64,000 nt of DNA from Syntrophorhabdaceae bacterium (GCA_963666485.2 CAXXUO010000010.1:32001-96000), one strand, 5' to 3'. Positions 19,350 through 29,757 are shown, counted from the stretch's first letter. Numbers and translations: made by a program. Notes: a model not told the origin generated them from the sequence alone.

Positions 19350-20155
19350 GTGTTCCCTCCCTTTTTATCTCTTTCAAGGTATGCATACGCACTGTGATTG
19401 TGTATGCTCTCAAAATTTTCCGCCTCGATCGAAAACCAGCGGACATTATTATCCAGAGATAACTTCTCCGCAATGTCCCGTACGACATCTTCGACAAACT
19501 TGGGGTTGTCGAATGCATGCTCGGTTATGTATTTTTCGTCCTCCCTTTTCAGGATCGAATATATGTCGCTGCTGGCGCTCCCTTCGATTATCGAGATGAG
19601 GTCTTCTATCCAGAAGAACCTCTTCGTGTTGACCTCGACCCGGGTGATCCCCCGCTGATTGTGGGCGCCGTGCTCGCTGATCTCCTTCGAACAGGGACAG
19701 AGTGTATTTATGGGAACCGACACAAAGACGATAAACTCCGTCATTGTGTCGTCCGCGTCCAGTGAACCCCGAAAACCGCATTGGTATTCCATGTAGCTCG
19801 GTGTTTTTGAGACCGGCGCTTCTTTTTTGATGAAGTAAGGAAAACTGACCGACATATGCGCCGCTTCGGCATCGAGCCGCACCTTCATTTCCCTCAGGAT
19901 GTCAGGGAAATTTTTCATGTTGATCATGTCCTTGTATTCATGCAGGATCTCCACGAAGCGGCTCATGTGCGTGCCCTTGTAGTGATGCGGCAGGTTGACG
20001 TACATGTCGATCGTTGCAATAGTGTTCTGGTGGCCGTTCGCCCTGTCGAGGACCACGATCGGGTACTTGACATTCTTCACGCCTACCTTGTCGATCTCTA
20101 TCTCGCGGCCGTCGTACATGCTCTGGACGTCCGCCATTTCGGTTTTATCTTTCAT
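19346..20155 (-). CDS. folE2: GTP cyclohydrolase I type 2
   Basis: KGTHMSRF, TLCPCSKEIS, GAHNQR, NPKFVED and ESIHNHSA. Confidence 0.96.
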   Translation of the reverse strand: MKDKTEMADVQSMYDGREIEIDKVGVKNVKYPIVVLDRANGHQNTIATIDMYVNLPHHYKGTHMSRFVEILHEYKDMINMKNFPDILREMKVRLDAEAAHMSVSFPYFIKKEAPVSKTPSYMEYQCGFRGSLDADDTMTEFIVFVSVPINTLCPCSKEISEHGAHNQRGITRVEVNTKRFFWIEDLISIIEGSASSDIYSILKREDEKYITEHAFDNPKFVEDVVRDIAEKLSLDNNVRWFSIEAENFESIHNHSAYAYLERDKKGGNT

Positions 20156-20513
20156 ACGATGCTGAGGCCCTGTCTGATTCCCATACCGTGACCTTTTTCA
20201 CGGACACCCGGCCGCCGCCTGTACGCTTTTCCAATTCCGAAAAAACGTACATTGCGATATACTCGGCGGAGCTTGCGTGTTCCGAAAAAAAGGGTATGTC
20301 GTTGATGTATTTATGATCGAGAACATCGAGGACCTCATGCAGGTGGCTTTTGAGAACGGTAAAATCTATCAGCATCCCGTCATCCTGGAGCTCATCCCCT
20401 GCAACGCAGACCTCGACGGTAAAATTATGCCCGTGCAATTCCTCGCACTTTCCCTTGTAGCCGACGAGCCGGTGCGCCGCGGCAAATGAGTCCTTAACAC
20501 ACAATGTGAACAT
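20145..20513 (-). CDS. queD: 6-carboxytetrahydropterin synthase
   Basis: FAAAH.L, CEELHGHN, IDF, LDH and VWES. Confidence 0.93.
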   Translation of the reverse strand: MFTLCVKDSFAAAHRLVGYKGKCEELHGHNFTVEVCVAGDELQDDGMLIDFTVLKSHLHEVLDVLDHKYINDIPFFSEHASSAEYIAMYVFSELEKRTGGGRVSVKKVTVWESDRASASYER

Positions 20514-20561
20514 GCCATACTGTATCGTTTGGGAGGGGATAAAGTCAAGAAGATGGGTACG

Positions 20562-20671
20562 GGAACAGGCGATAGGCGATAGGCAATAGGCAATAGGAAA
20601 ATCGTGCCTGCTACCTCATATTGAAGCAACATCTTTCTATCGCCTATCGCCCATAGCCCACTGCCTGTTCC
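20562..20671. repeat. Inverted heptamer-array element C (GCGATAG)
   Basis: GGAACAG-(GCGATAG)2(GCAATAG)2 at 20562-20597; 39-nt spacer; (CTATCGC)2-CCATAGC-CCACTGC-CTGTTCC at 20637-20671. Confidence 0.88.
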
Positions 20672-20674
20672 AAT

Positions 20675-20698
20675 AAAAAAGCCCCGCTTAAGCGGGGC
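20675..20698 (-). terminator. Intrinsic terminator of rplC
   Basis: GCCCCGC-ttaa-GCGGGGC hairpin followed on the minus strand by a T6 tract. Confidence 0.85.
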
Positions 20699-20718
20699 CT
20701 GTAATTGTACAAAGTTCT

Positions 20719-21369
20719 TTATTTCGCCGATTTCTTGATCGCGCGCCTGATGACCACGTATCCCGTTGTGGGACCGGGGATCGCTCCCTCGATGAGGAGG
20801 AGGTTGACGTCGCCGCGAACGTCCACGATCTTGAGGTTCTGGACGGTCACTTTCTTGGCGCCCATATGGCCGGGCATCTTCTTTCCCCGCATGGTGCGGC
20901 CGGGAGTCATGTTCTGCCCTATTGAGCCGCCATGTCTGAAAGCTTCGTGGGAACCATGCGTGGCAGGAGCGCCACCAAATCCGTGACGTTTCATAACGCC
21001 GGCAAAACCCTTGCCTTTTGAGGTTCCCGTGATGTCCACAAAATCGCCCGGTTCGAAGATGTCGACCGAAAATACCGAACCGACCTCATTTGTCTCGAGG
21101 TCTTCAGGCTCAACCTTAAATTCTTTCAAGATCTTGGTAGGGGTGAGGTCTGCTTTTTTGAAATGCCCGGTCTCAGGTTTGTTTACCCGCTGGACCTTGA
21201 TGACCTCGTCGAAACCGATCTGTACGGCATTATAGCCTTCTTTTTCAGCACTTTTCTTCTGGACAACATAGCAGGGACCAGCCTTTATGACCGTAACAGG
21301 AATGACATTCCCGTGTTCGTCAAATATCTGTGACATACCGAGTTTCTTGCCAATGAGACCTAACGCCAT
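20719..21369 (-). CDS. rplC: 50S ribosomal protein L3 (stand-alone)
   Basis: GKKLGMSQIF, PVTVI, GYNAVQIGF, SKGKGFAGVMKRHGF and GKKMPGHMG; SD GGAGGTG before ATG 21369. Confidence 0.97.
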   Translation of the reverse strand: MALGLIGKKLGMSQIFDEHGNVIPVTVIKAGPCYVVQKKSAEKEGYNAVQIGFDEVIKVQRVNKPETGHFKKADLTPTKILKEFKVEPEDLETNEVGSVFSVDIFEPGDFVDITGTSKGKGFAGVMKRHGFGGAPATHGSHEAFRHGGSIGQNMTPGRTMRGKKMPGHMGAKKVTVQNLKIVDVRGDVNLLLIEGAIPGPTTGYVVIRRAIKKSAK

Positions 21370-21395
21370 GATAGACACCTCCGAAAAATTGTAAC

Positions 21396-21424
21396 ATAAT
21401 AGTCGAAAACTCCCCGAAAGTCAA
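21396..21424 (-). promoter_or_regulatory. sigma70 promoter of rplC
   Basis: TTGACT-17 bp-TATTAT on the minus strand. Confidence 0.7.
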
Positions 21425-21525
21425 CATGAAATCGGCTGCCCGCCCGCCTCCGGGCAGGATACTTCCCCGTGAGTGAGAAAAGAAAAAACTTAATGGAATA
21501 TCCTTATGTCCGAACACTACTATAT

Positions 21526-22344
21526 ATGCCCAGCGCAAGCACTATACCACGGGAGCATTTAATAAGTCGGGCAAGCGAGATCAAGATGATACCGACGCTG
21601 CACACAGTTGCGGACAAGGTGTTCGGTGTTCTCGACAACAGCAATTCATCTTTCAATGATCTCTCGGACGTTGTCAGGTATGACCAGGCCATCACATCGA
21701 AAATAATCAGCATCGCCAATTCCGCATATTACAGCCGGGGCGTTGAGATCTTCAACTTGCAAAGGGCCATGCTCACGATCGGGTTCGAAGAGGTCAGGGG
21801 CATAGTTACCTGCATCCTGCTCATGGAAGGCATCAGGAAATTGCTCAAGCTGAAGGAGGAAGACCTTTTCAGCCTCTGGAAGCACTCGATCGAGGTTGGG
21901 TGCGCGGCCCGCATATTATCGGAACGCCTCATGGTCGAAGACCCGCAGAAGGTTTTCACCGCGTCACTGCTGCATGATATCGGTAGGATAATATTCTATG
22001 CGTTCTCCCCTGAATACAAGGAAATAGAGAACGAGGCAGGCCGGGGTACGGACCTTGCCGCGCTCGAAAGGGAGCGTTTCGGGATAGACCACCAGGAAAC
22101 GGGCCACATCATCGCCGTGAAATGGAAGTTCCCGGCGGATTTTACGAGGGTGGTCGGCAATCACCACAAGGAATCCCCCGATAGCGTTGACGGGCTTCTC
22201 AGGCTGATCACCGCATCGGACCGTTTCTTTACCGGGGCACACAGAGGCAGTTCCACGGAAGGCCTGGTCCTGGACAGGGAACATGACGCCATCATGTTCG
22301 AGGTGCAAAAGATATCGAAGTTCATGCAACTGGATATACCATGA
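21526..22344 (+). CDS. HDOD-domain protein (start uncertain; ORF open from 21469)
   Basis: DQAITSKII.IANSAYY, LWKHS, LLHDIG, DHQETG and W.FP. Confidence 0.88.
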   Translation: MPSASTIPREHLISRASEIKMIPTLHTVADKVFGVLDNSNSSFNDLSDVVRYDQAITSKIISIANSAYYSRGVEIFNLQRAMLTIGFEEVRGIVTCILLMEGIRKLLKLKEEDLFSLWKHSIEVGCAARILSERLMVEDPQKVFTASLLHDIGRIIFYAFSPEYKEIENEAGRGTDLAALERERFGIDHQETGHIIAVKWKFPADFTRVVGNHHKESPDSVDGLLRLITASDRFFTGAHRGSSTEGLVLDREHDAIMFEVQKISKFMQLDIP

Positions 22345-24257
22345 GCTGGAATAGCGCCCGCAGCGAATCGATGAAGGCCGGATGGAACTTCTATCTGAGA
22401 GCGGTCGACAATTATTCCATTATAATGCGCATCATGGAGCATGAGGAAAAAGATCTCCTTATCGGTGAAGCGCCGCGGATCTTCGTTGAAGAATCGTTCT
22501 TCGACATGTGTACGGTCATCGTCAACGATGACGGTGCTGTCAGGCAGGCTTTCTATGCCCTCGATGATACGTTCGGCCCGATCAGCGCCGGTGATATAGC
22601 GAACCTCAAGACATGGAACGGCAGGTCCAATGTTATAGAGGACTATCTCAATTACGGCACGATCTACATTTACACAATACAACGCAGCCTCGCGACGATT
22701 GGGCATATCGTCCTCGGGAAGCGCTGCCGTATCGACCTGACACCTTCGCAGATACGTGAACTCGAGGTGATCGGGGAATTCTACGGCATGGCATTGATGC
22801 GCGGATCAGCTGTTACCCGCAGATCTGATGATACGGTGCACGAGACCGTTCTCGAGTCCTTCCCTGACCCTCTCATACTCGTGGATGCGAACGGGTACAT
22901 CGGTTACGCGAATACAAAAGCAAAAACACATTTTGAGACGAGCAAGGGTTTTTTTCTCAATGAGCGTGCAGACAAGGCTATACCGGGGCTTCCCGAGGCC
23001 CTCGTCAGGGACCGCACGCCGTTCAGCGGGGAAATAAACTACAGATCGGATAACAATTACAGGGTGTACCGGGTTGAAAGCTTTACTGTTCCCGAGGTGA
23101 ATGGGCCCGGGTGGCTCGCTATAGTTTTCAAGGACATAGTTGAGATAAAAGCGGACGAGGAGGAAAAATTCTTAAGGAAAAGGAATGAAAGCGTCGGCAT
23201 GCTTGCGGGCGGCATCGCCCACGATTTCAACAACATGCTCACGGGCATCCTGGGCTATGCGGCCCTGATGAAAAAAATGATCAGCGATGCGCAGCTCGGC
23301 CGTTACGCGGAAGCGATAGAACACTCCGCCCAGCGCGCCTCGGGGTTGACCAGGCATTTGCTGAACTTTTCCCGCCGCCAGAAAAGATCGGCCGGGCTCA
23401 TGGATATCAACTTGCTTCTCGACGACGTCCTTTTCCTCGTGAATAAAAGCTTCCACAGTATCGAGGTGATACGGAATTTTGAAGATGTGCTGCCCGCAGT
23501 CCAGGGTGATGAGGCCGAGCTTCAAAACGTCTTCCTCAACCTTTTTATCAATGCGCGGGATGCAATGGATGGCAAGGGCACCCTTCGGGTGACAACGTCA
23601 CGCTACGACAGAGGGCATATCTGTATCCAGATAGAGGATACGGGGAAGGGCATCGATGACACGCTCCGTCACAAGATATTCGAACCGTATTTTTCCACGA
23701 AGGGAGATACCGCCAATCTTGGCATGGGCCTGTATCTCGTCGACAAGGTCATGAGAGGGCATGGAGGTTTCATCGAAATAAAGAGCGACCCGGGCAAGGG
23801 GGCCTGTTTTGAACTTTACCTGCCTGTTCCTTCCCGGCAGCCTGCTACCGTATCGAAGCCGCAGCTTAAATTAGCCGAAAAGTCCATAGAAAAGAAGACG
23901 ATTCTCGTCGTCGACGATGAGCCCCTCATACGGGAGCTTCTGAAAAACTATCTTGTGTCCCAGGGGGCGCACCTTCTTGAGGCCGAGAATGGCGAGGATG
24001 CGCTGCGCATATACCGGCAGCACAAAGACTCGATCAACCTGATCGTTCTCGATGTGATAATGCCCGGGATGAAAGGAGACGAAGTTCTCCGCAGGATCAG
24101 GAAAGACCCCGCCAAAACCAAGGTCATCATATCAAGCGGTTTCATGAGCGAAGAGCAGAGGAAGAAGCTCAAGGAACTCAACGTCGACGGTTTCCTGGAC
24201 AAGCCGTTCAAGGATGACGGTGCGCTGTCGATAATAGGGGAAGTGCTCGCTAAATAA
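22341..24257 (+). CDS. Hybrid sensor histidine kinase (PAS-HisKA-HATPase-REC)
   Basis: LAGGIAHDFNN, NLFINARDAM, DTGKG, FEPYFSTK, GMGL and C-terminal VVDD/DVIMP/KP. Confidence 0.93.
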   Translation: MSWNSARSESMKAGWNFYLRAVDNYSIIMRIMEHEEKDLLIGEAPRIFVEESFFDMCTVIVNDDGAVRQAFYALDDTFGPISAGDIANLKTWNGRSNVIEDYLNYGTIYIYTIQRSLATIGHIVLGKRCRIDLTPSQIRELEVIGEFYGMALMRGSAVTRRSDDTVHETVLESFPDPLILVDANGYIGYANTKAKTHFETSKGFFLNERADKAIPGLPEALVRDRTPFSGEINYRSDNNYRVYRVESFTVPEVNGPGWLAIVFKDIVEIKADEEEKFLRKRNESVGMLAGGIAHDFNNMLTGILGYAALMKKMISDAQLGRYAEAIEHSAQRASGLTRHLLNFSRRQKRSAGLMDINLLLDDVLFLVNKSFHSIEVIRNFEDVLPAVQGDEAELQNVFLNLFINARDAMDGKGTLRVTTSRYDRGHICIQIEDTGKGIDDTLRHKIFEPYFSTKGDTANLGMGLYLVDKVMRGHGGFIEIKSDPGKGACFELYLPVPSRQPATVSKPQLKLAEKSIEKKTILVVDDEPLIRELLKNYLVSQGAHLLEAENGEDALRIYRQHKDSINLIVLDVIMPGMKGDEVLRRIRKDPAKTKVIISSGFMSEEQRKKLKELNVDGFLDKPFKDDGALSIIGEVLAK

Positions 24258-24364
24258 CCGTTCCACGTTCCACCGTTCCACGCTAAAAACAAAACGCCAA
24301 ACCTAAAATATCTGCTTTTTGTAATTCCTTTTTCGTGGAACGTGGAACGGTGGAACGTGGAACC
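24258..24364. repeat. Inverted heptamer-array element D (TTCCACG)
   Basis: CCGTTCCACGTTCCACCGTTCCACG at 24258-24282; 51-nt spacer; CGTGGAACGTGGAACGGTGGAACGTGGAACC at 24334-24364. Confidence 0.9.
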
Positions 24365-24369
24365 TTTTT

Positions 24370-25971
24370 TTATTTGAGGTTCTCTTTTTTTCTCCACCTT
24401 CTATGCGAGGATACGGCGAAGCGGTGGGCTTCATCGCGCATCCTGACGATCTCTTTGTACACGGCAGAGGCGCGGGGAAGGGCCAGGTGATTCTTGCGGG
24501 AGGGGATGTAAATGACATCTTCCATCCGTTTGCGGCCTTCTCCCTTGGCGATGGATATGATGTCGGTCTCGATATCGCGGGACTTTAGTACCTTGTGCGC
24601 TGCCGCGAGCTGTCCTTTACCGCCGTCTATTATGTAGAGGTCGGGCAGGGGGCCGAGTTCCGTGTTGTTCACCCTGCGCGTCAGGACCTCGGTTATCATT
24701 GCGATGTCGTCGAGGGTGTCGTCCCCGCGGATGTGGAATACGCGGTACTGGTCCTTTGCGGGTTTGAAATCTTTAAAGACGGTCATGGCGCCGGTCGGGT
24801 TTTTTCCGCTTATGTGCGAGATATCGTAGATCTCGATGCGCTGCGGGGCATTCTTGAGCCGAAGCGCATCCCTGAACGCCTGGTCGAGCGGCGTCGTCTC
24901 AGTTTCATGAAGGTTTTCGATGGCGAGGCGGACCATGTCCCGGGCTACCCTGTGGCCGGGCCCGAGGATCCGTACCGGCCCCTTCTTCTTTTCCATCAGA
25001 TATTTTTCGAGGATCTCCCGGTCTTCCGGTTCCTCAGATATGATGATCTCATCAGGGATCGGGCGCGCCGAATAATACTGGAACAGGAATGTCATCAGGG
25101 TCTCGCGGGCGTCCTCGGCATAAAAATTTTCTTTGTACAGCCGCCTCGAGAGGAGCACCCCCCCGCGCACCGTGAGCACAACGATGGAGATGACCTTCGC
25201 CCTCTCCGAAAAGGCCCAGACGTCGCGGTTCTTGCCGAAATGCTCGTGGACGTGCTGTTTTTCCATCATCGTCTTGATGGCCAGGTAGCGTTCCTTGAGG
25301 ACCTGTGCCGCCTCGAAATCCCAGGAAGCTATCCTGCCTGAGATATCCGATTCGATGGTCTTCAGGACCTTCTCGTCCCTGCCCGATAGAAAATCCCTTA
25401 CCTGTTCGATGGTCCTGTCATATTCGGCTTTATCGACGGGCATAACGCACGGGCCGGGGCATTTCCCGATCTCGAACAGGATGCATGTCCTTTTCCTGTT
25501 CCGGAATACGGATTCCTTGCATTTCCTGAGCGGGTAAAGCTGCTGCATTAGTTTCAAAATGTCCCGTACCTCCCGGCCGTGGGGGTAGGGGCCGAAATAT
25601 ACCGACCCGTCGTCCACTATCTTGCGTGTAGCGAAAAGGCCGGGATAGTCATCCTTTATGGTCAGCTTGAGCGAAAGGTAGGATTTGTCGTCCTTCAAAA
25701 CGATATTGTATTTCGGCGAATACTGCTTGATCAGGTTGTTTTCGAGAAGAAATGCCTCGGTTTCATTTGCGGTCAGGATAAAATCTATGGTGTCGATGCT
25801 GTCAACGAGCAATCTGGTCTTGGCGTCCTTCACATCGCTGCGGAAATAGCTCCTGACACGATCGCGGATGCTCTTTGCTTTGCCGACATAGATTATGTCA
25901 TCTGCACCGTCCTTGAACAGGTATACGCCCGGCGAATCCGGCAGGCCGTCAAGAACGAATTCCCCGATCAC
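24370..25971 (-). CDS. uvrC: Excinuclease ABC subunit C (lacks C-terminal HhH domain)
   Basis: PGVY..IYVGKAK (GIY-YIG), LE.NLIK, Cys cluster, [12 protein letters not shown] and RDEAHRFA. Confidence 0.95.
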   Translation of the reverse strand: MIGEFVLDGLPDSPGVYLFKDGADDIIYVGKAKSIRDRVRSYFRSDVKDAKTRLLVDSIDTIDFILTANETEAFLLENNLIKQYSPKYNIVLKDDKSYLSLKLTIKDDYPGLFATRKIVDDGSVYFGPYPHGREVRDILKLMQQLYPLRKCKESVFRNRKRTCILFEIGKCPGPCVMPVDKAEYDRTIEQVRDFLSGRDEKVLKTIESDISGRIASWDFEAAQVLKERYLAIKTMMEKQHVHEHFGKNRDVWAFSERAKVISIVVLTVRGGVLLSRRLYKENFYAEDARETLMTFLFQYYSARPIPDEIIISEEPEDREILEKYLMEKKKGPVRILGPGHRVARDMVRLAIENLHETETTPLDQAFRDALRLKNAPQRIEIYDISHISGKNPTGAMTVFKDFKPAKDQYRVFHIRGDDTLDDIAMITEVLTRRVNNTELGPLPDLYIIDGGKGQLAAAHKVLKSRDIETDIISIAKGEGRKRMEDVIYIPSRKNHLALPRASAVYKEIVRMRDEAHRFAVSSHRRWRKKENLK

Positions 25972-27956
25972 AGCGTAAGCTCCGCCTTTTCAAGGGTAAG
26001 GAGCCTGTCCCTGAGTTGGGCCGCCTTTTCGAAGTCCCATTTTTTCGCTGCCTCGGCGATCTCTTTTTTCAGTTTCCTGACCATCCTGGAAAGCTGTTTT
26101 GGCTTGAGCGCCTTCATGTCGAGCTGATCGACAGGGGCCTCGTAGTAGTCCTTTTCATATATGGACGACAGGACGTCGACGATCGATTTCCTGATCCCTT
26201 CGGGCGTGATGCCGTTCTTTTCGTTGTATTCCTTCTGGACGGCCCGCCTGCGTTCGGTTTCGTCTATCGCGCGGCGCATGGAATCCGTCACCGTGTCGGC
26301 AAACATGATCACCCGCCCGTTCAGGTTGCGTGCGGCACGGCCGCATGTCTGGATAAGAGACGTTTGCGACCGCAGAAAGCCTTCTTTATCGGCATCGAGG
26401 ATAGCGACGAGGGAAACCTCCGGCAGGTCGAGGCCCTCGCGCAGGAGGTTTACCCCCACGAGGACGTCGAATTTTCCCATTCTGAGGTCCCTGACGATAG
26501 CGACCCGCTCGAGCGTATCGATGTCTGAATGGAGATACTTGGCCCTGATGCCCCGATCGAGAAGGAAGTCGGTGAGGTCCTCGGCGAAACGCTTGGTCAG
26601 CGTGGTCACGAGGACACGTTCCTTTTTTTCAACCGTCTGCCGAACCTCGGTGACCAGGGACTCAACCTGGTTGGCTGCAGGCTTGAGGATGATCTCGGGG
26701 TCCATAAGGCCGGTAGGCCGTATTATCTGTTCGGCCACATATCCATGGGATTTTGTCAGTTCATACCGGGCGGGGGTTGCCGAGATGTAAAGGACCTGTT
26801 TCTCCCGCGCCTCGAATTCCTCGAATGTCAGGGGCCGGTTATCGAGCGCCGAGGGGAGCCTGAAGCCGTGCTCGACGAGCGTCGTCTTGCGTGACCTGTC
26901 ACCCCGGTACATAGCTGCCAGCTGGGGCATGGAAACGTGGCTTTCATCGATCATTATCAGGGCGTTGCCCGGAAGATAATCCATCAGGGTGGGCGGCGGC
27001 TCGCCGGGGGACCTCCCGGTAAAATGGCGGGAATAATTCTCTATCCCGGAACAGTACCCGAGCTCTGCAAGCATTTCGAGGTCGTACCTGGTCCGCATCT
27101 CCAGCCGCTGGGCCTCGAGAAGCTTGTTCTGCGACCTCAAGAGTGTGAGGTGCTGCTCAAGTTCTTCAGCGATGGACACGATGGCGCGGTCTATTGTTTG
27201 CTGCGGCATGACATAATGGCTTGTCGGAAATATTGTCAGCCTGCGGAACCTTTCGAGGGGTTTCCCCGTCAGGGGATCGAAGCTCGAGATCGATGCGATG
27301 CGGTCATCCTCGTGGACGATCCTGAAGGCCCTTTCCTCTTCGTACGGGGGATAGACATCGATGGTCCCCCCGCGGACGCGGAACTTGCCCCGGTAGAAAT
27401 CAATATCATTGCGTTCATACTGGCACTGGACAAGCTTATTCAATATAGCGTGCCGGTCAATGGATTGCCCGTCCTCGATATTAAGCAGCATGCCGTAATA
27501 CGCCTCCGGCGAACCGAGACCGTAAATGCAGGAAACGCTTGCGACGATAATGATGTCGTCCCGCTCGAAAAGGGCATTGGTCGCGAGAAGCCGCAGCCGG
27601 TCGATCTCTTCATTGATCGACGAGTCTTTCTCGATGAAGGTGTCCGTGGAGGGGATATAGGCCTCGGGCTGATAATAATCGTAGTAGCTCACGAAGAAAT
27701 GGACCTCGTTGCCGGGAAAGAGCATCTTGAACTCGGAATAGAGCTGGGCCGCGAGGGTCTTGTTATGGGAAATGACCAGCGTGGGCCGGTTCACCCGCTC
27801 GACCACGTTGGCCATAGTGAACGTCTTGCCTGACCCGGTCACGCCGAGGAGGACCTGGTGCGGTATACCTTTGATAATATTGGCTGATATCTTGTCTATG
27901 GCCTCGGGCTGGTCACCTTTGGCCTCATAGTCGCTTTCAAGTTTGAACCGGTTCAT
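25968..27956 (-). CDS. uvrB: Excinuclease ABC subunit B
   Basis: [37 protein letters not shown] and UVR domain. Confidence 0.98.
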   Translation of the reverse strand: MNRFKLESDYEAKGDQPEAIDKISANIIKGIPHQVLLGVTGSGKTFTMANVVERVNRPTLVISHNKTLAAQLYSEFKMLFPGNEVHFFVSYYDYYQPEAYIPSTDTFIEKDSSINEEIDRLRLLATNALFERDDIIIVASVSCIYGLGSPEAYYGMLLNIEDGQSIDRHAILNKLVQCQYERNDIDFYRGKFRVRGGTIDVYPPYEEERAFRIVHEDDRIASISSFDPLTGKPLERFRRLTIFPTSHYVMPQQTIDRAIVSIAEELEQHLTLLRSQNKLLEAQRLEMRTRYDLEMLAELGYCSGIENYSRHFTGRSPGEPPPTLMDYLPGNALIMIDESHVSMPQLAAMYRGDRSRKTTLVEHGFRLPSALDNRPLTFEEFEAREKQVLYISATPARYELTKSHGYVAEQIIRPTGLMDPEIILKPAANQVESLVTEVRQTVEKKERVLVTTLTKRFAEDLTDFLLDRGIRAKYLHSDIDTLERVAIVRDLRMGKFDVLVGVNLLREGLDLPEVSLVAILDADKEGFLRSQTSLIQTCGRAARNLNGRVIMFADTVTDSMRRAIDETERRRAVQKEYNEKNGITPEGIRKSIVDVLSSIYEKDYYEAPVDQLDMKALKPKQLSRMVRKLKKEIAEAAKKWDFEKAAQLRDRLLTLEKAELTL

Positions 27957-28200
27957 GGTGTAATAGTTTAATGACCTTTTCAATCTGTGTCAAAGATATG
28001 AAAAAATAAGCCGGAGGCCTAAAGGTTCGGAAAGAAAGAGCGATAAAGTAGGTACAACAGCATGCGCGAAATAATGCCCCAAATGTCAAAAAAGTTTACT
28101 GGAAGCGCTTCCATGAAACAAAAGCTCTTGACATGATGGCATCAAACGTTTAAAGATTTAAGCATTAATATTCATAAAATCTACATAGGAGGAAGGGGTT

Positions 28201-28812
28201 ATGAAAAAGGTTTTATTGTTTGCACTTGTCTTGCTGATCGGCATAGCTTTTGTCAGCACCGGTTTCACCGCCGAGGAGAAGAAACCGGCTCCGGCACCTG
28301 AGAAGAAAGCTCCCGCGCCTGCACCTGAGAAGAAAGCTCCCGAGAAAGCAAAACCCGCCGAAAAAGCAGAGCCGGCGAAGGAAGAAAAACCGGCAGCAGA
28401 TGCAGCAAAACCCGCCGCAGAAAAACCGAAACCAAAACCAGTGGCCGGTTTTGTCGGCAAAGTAACGGTGACCGACTCCGTATTTAAGAGTGTCAGCGTA
28501 CAGCGCGCCAAAGACGTCGTAACATTCGACGTAAGCGACGCGAAATTCAAAGGTTACAAGTCAGCCGATGACATCACCGTTGGCGACAAGATAGCCATGA
28601 AGTATGACAAGAAAGGCAAACTGACGGTCACGAAGATCGCCGGCGCCAAGAAAGAAAAAGCGGCTAAAAAAGAGAAAGTAGCAAAACCGAAGAAAGAGAA
28701 GAAAGAGGCCGCACCGGCGGATGAGCAGAAACCTGCCGAGAAGAAGCCCGCAAAGAAAGCACCGAAGAAAGATGCACCGAAGAAAGAGGAAAAGAAAGAA
28801 GAAGCAAAATAA
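28201..28812 (+). CDS. Exported Lys/Ala/Pro-rich protein with a small central beta domain
   Basis: Signal peptide; PAPEKK repeats; SD AGGAGG; followed by a terminator. Confidence 0.8.
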   Translation: MKKVLLFALVLLIGIAFVSTGFTAEEKKPAPAPEKKAPAPAPEKKAPEKAKPAEKAEPAKEEKPAADAAKPAAEKPKPKPVAGFVGKVTVTDSVFKSVSVQRAKDVVTFDVSDAKFKGYKSADDITVGDKIAMKYDKKGKLTVTKIAGAKKEKAAKKEKVAKPKKEKKEAAPADEQKPAEKKPAKKAPKKDAPKKEEKKEEAK

Positions 28813-28828
28813 CCTCTTACGACATAGC

Positions 28829-28861
28829 GAACCCCGCTTCCGGAAGGGAGCGGGGTTTTTT
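28829..28861 (+). terminator. Intrinsic terminator
   Basis: AACCCCGCTTCC-ggaa-GGGAGCGGGGTT followed by a T tract. Confidence 0.85.
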
Positions 28862-28875
28862 ATTGCCCTGCGGGC

Positions 28876-29008
28876 GGCTAAAGGCTAAAGGCTAAAGGCA
28901 AAAGGCTAAAGGCAAAAGGCTAAAGGCAAAAGGCAAAAGGCTAAAGGCAAAAGGCAAAAGGCTAAAGGCAAAAGGCTAAAGGCAAAAGGCAAAAGGCAAA
29001 AGGCAAAC
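28876..29008. repeat. Heptamer tandem array E, (GGCWAAA) x19
   Basis: 19 consecutive units mixing GGCTAAA (8) and GGCAAAA (11, the last one GGCAAAC). Confidence 0.95.
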
Positions 29009-29065
29009 GACTCACGGAAAAGGGAAATGTAAACGACGTGAGGCGTAAGGCGTTTTCCGCCCACT

Positions 29066-29193
29066 CGTCATCCCGGCGAAGGCCGGGATCCAGAGGTTTT
29101 TGCTCTTTCCCATACGCTTGCTGTTGTTTTATATAATCGCTTCCATACTACAACCTTAATTAAGACTGGATCCCGGCCTGCGCCGGGATGACG
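29066..29193. repeat. CGTC-type REP inverted doublet
   Basis: CGTCATCCCGGCGAAGGCCGGGATCCAG (29066-29093), 72-nt AT-rich spacer, CTGGATCCCGGCCTGCGCCGGGATGACG (29166-29193). Confidence 0.9.
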
Positions 29194-29336
29194 CTGGGGA
29201 AGATTCCCGCTCTGTGGAAATGTAGGAAGAGATTGTATTGTTAAAGGGTTTTTTTAATCGGGGAACTTGGAATTTGGAGCGATTTTTTAACGGTTGAACA
29301 GTTGAACGGGGTTTTTGAACCTTTAGCCTTGAATCA

Positions 29337-29372
29337 AAAAAAAGGGATGGTCGTTCGACCATCCCTTTTTTT
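29337..29372. terminator. Bidirectional intrinsic terminator downstream of atpE
   Basis: A7-GGGATGGTCG-tt-CGACCATCCC-T7. Confidence 0.9.
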
Positions 29373-29385
29373 GTCTTCTCAGTTG

Positions 29386-29718
29386 TTACAGTTTACCAAC
29401 AAAGATAAATGCGATAACGAGAGCGTAGATGACCAGTGACTCGATAAGTGCGAGGCCGATGATCATCGGGGCAAAGATCTTTCCGGAAGCGCCGGGGTTC
29501 CTGGCGATGCCTTCAAGCGCTGCTGCTGCAGCTTTGCCCTGGCCGAGTGCTCCGCCGAGAGCGGCGATACCGATGGCAGCACCGGCACCGATGGCCAACA
29601 TGGCCTTTACGTTGTCGGCTAACGGGGCTTTCGCAGCTTCTTCAGCTGCCAGCACGAAGCCGCAGGATAAAACAAGGATCAGACCGCTGAGCATTAAAAT
29701 GGAGACTACCTTTTTCAT
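29386..29718 (-). CDS. atpE: F0F1 ATP synthase subunit c
   Basis: GAAIGIAALGGALGQG, GIARNP and LALIESLVIY; signal-like N-terminal extension. Confidence 0.96.
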   Translation of the reverse strand: MKKVVSILMLSGLILVLSCGFVLAAEEAAKAPLADNVKAMLAIGAGAAIGIAALGGALGQGKAAAAALEGIARNPGASGKIFAPMIIGLALIESLVIYALVIAFIFVGKL

Positions 29719-29757
29719 CACAGATACTCCTTTAGTTTAAGTTTTTTGAAGCGTTTA

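Noticed and set aside
20514..20560. preQ1 riboswitch before queD
   Set aside because: The promoter sits directly against the start codon, leaving no leader.
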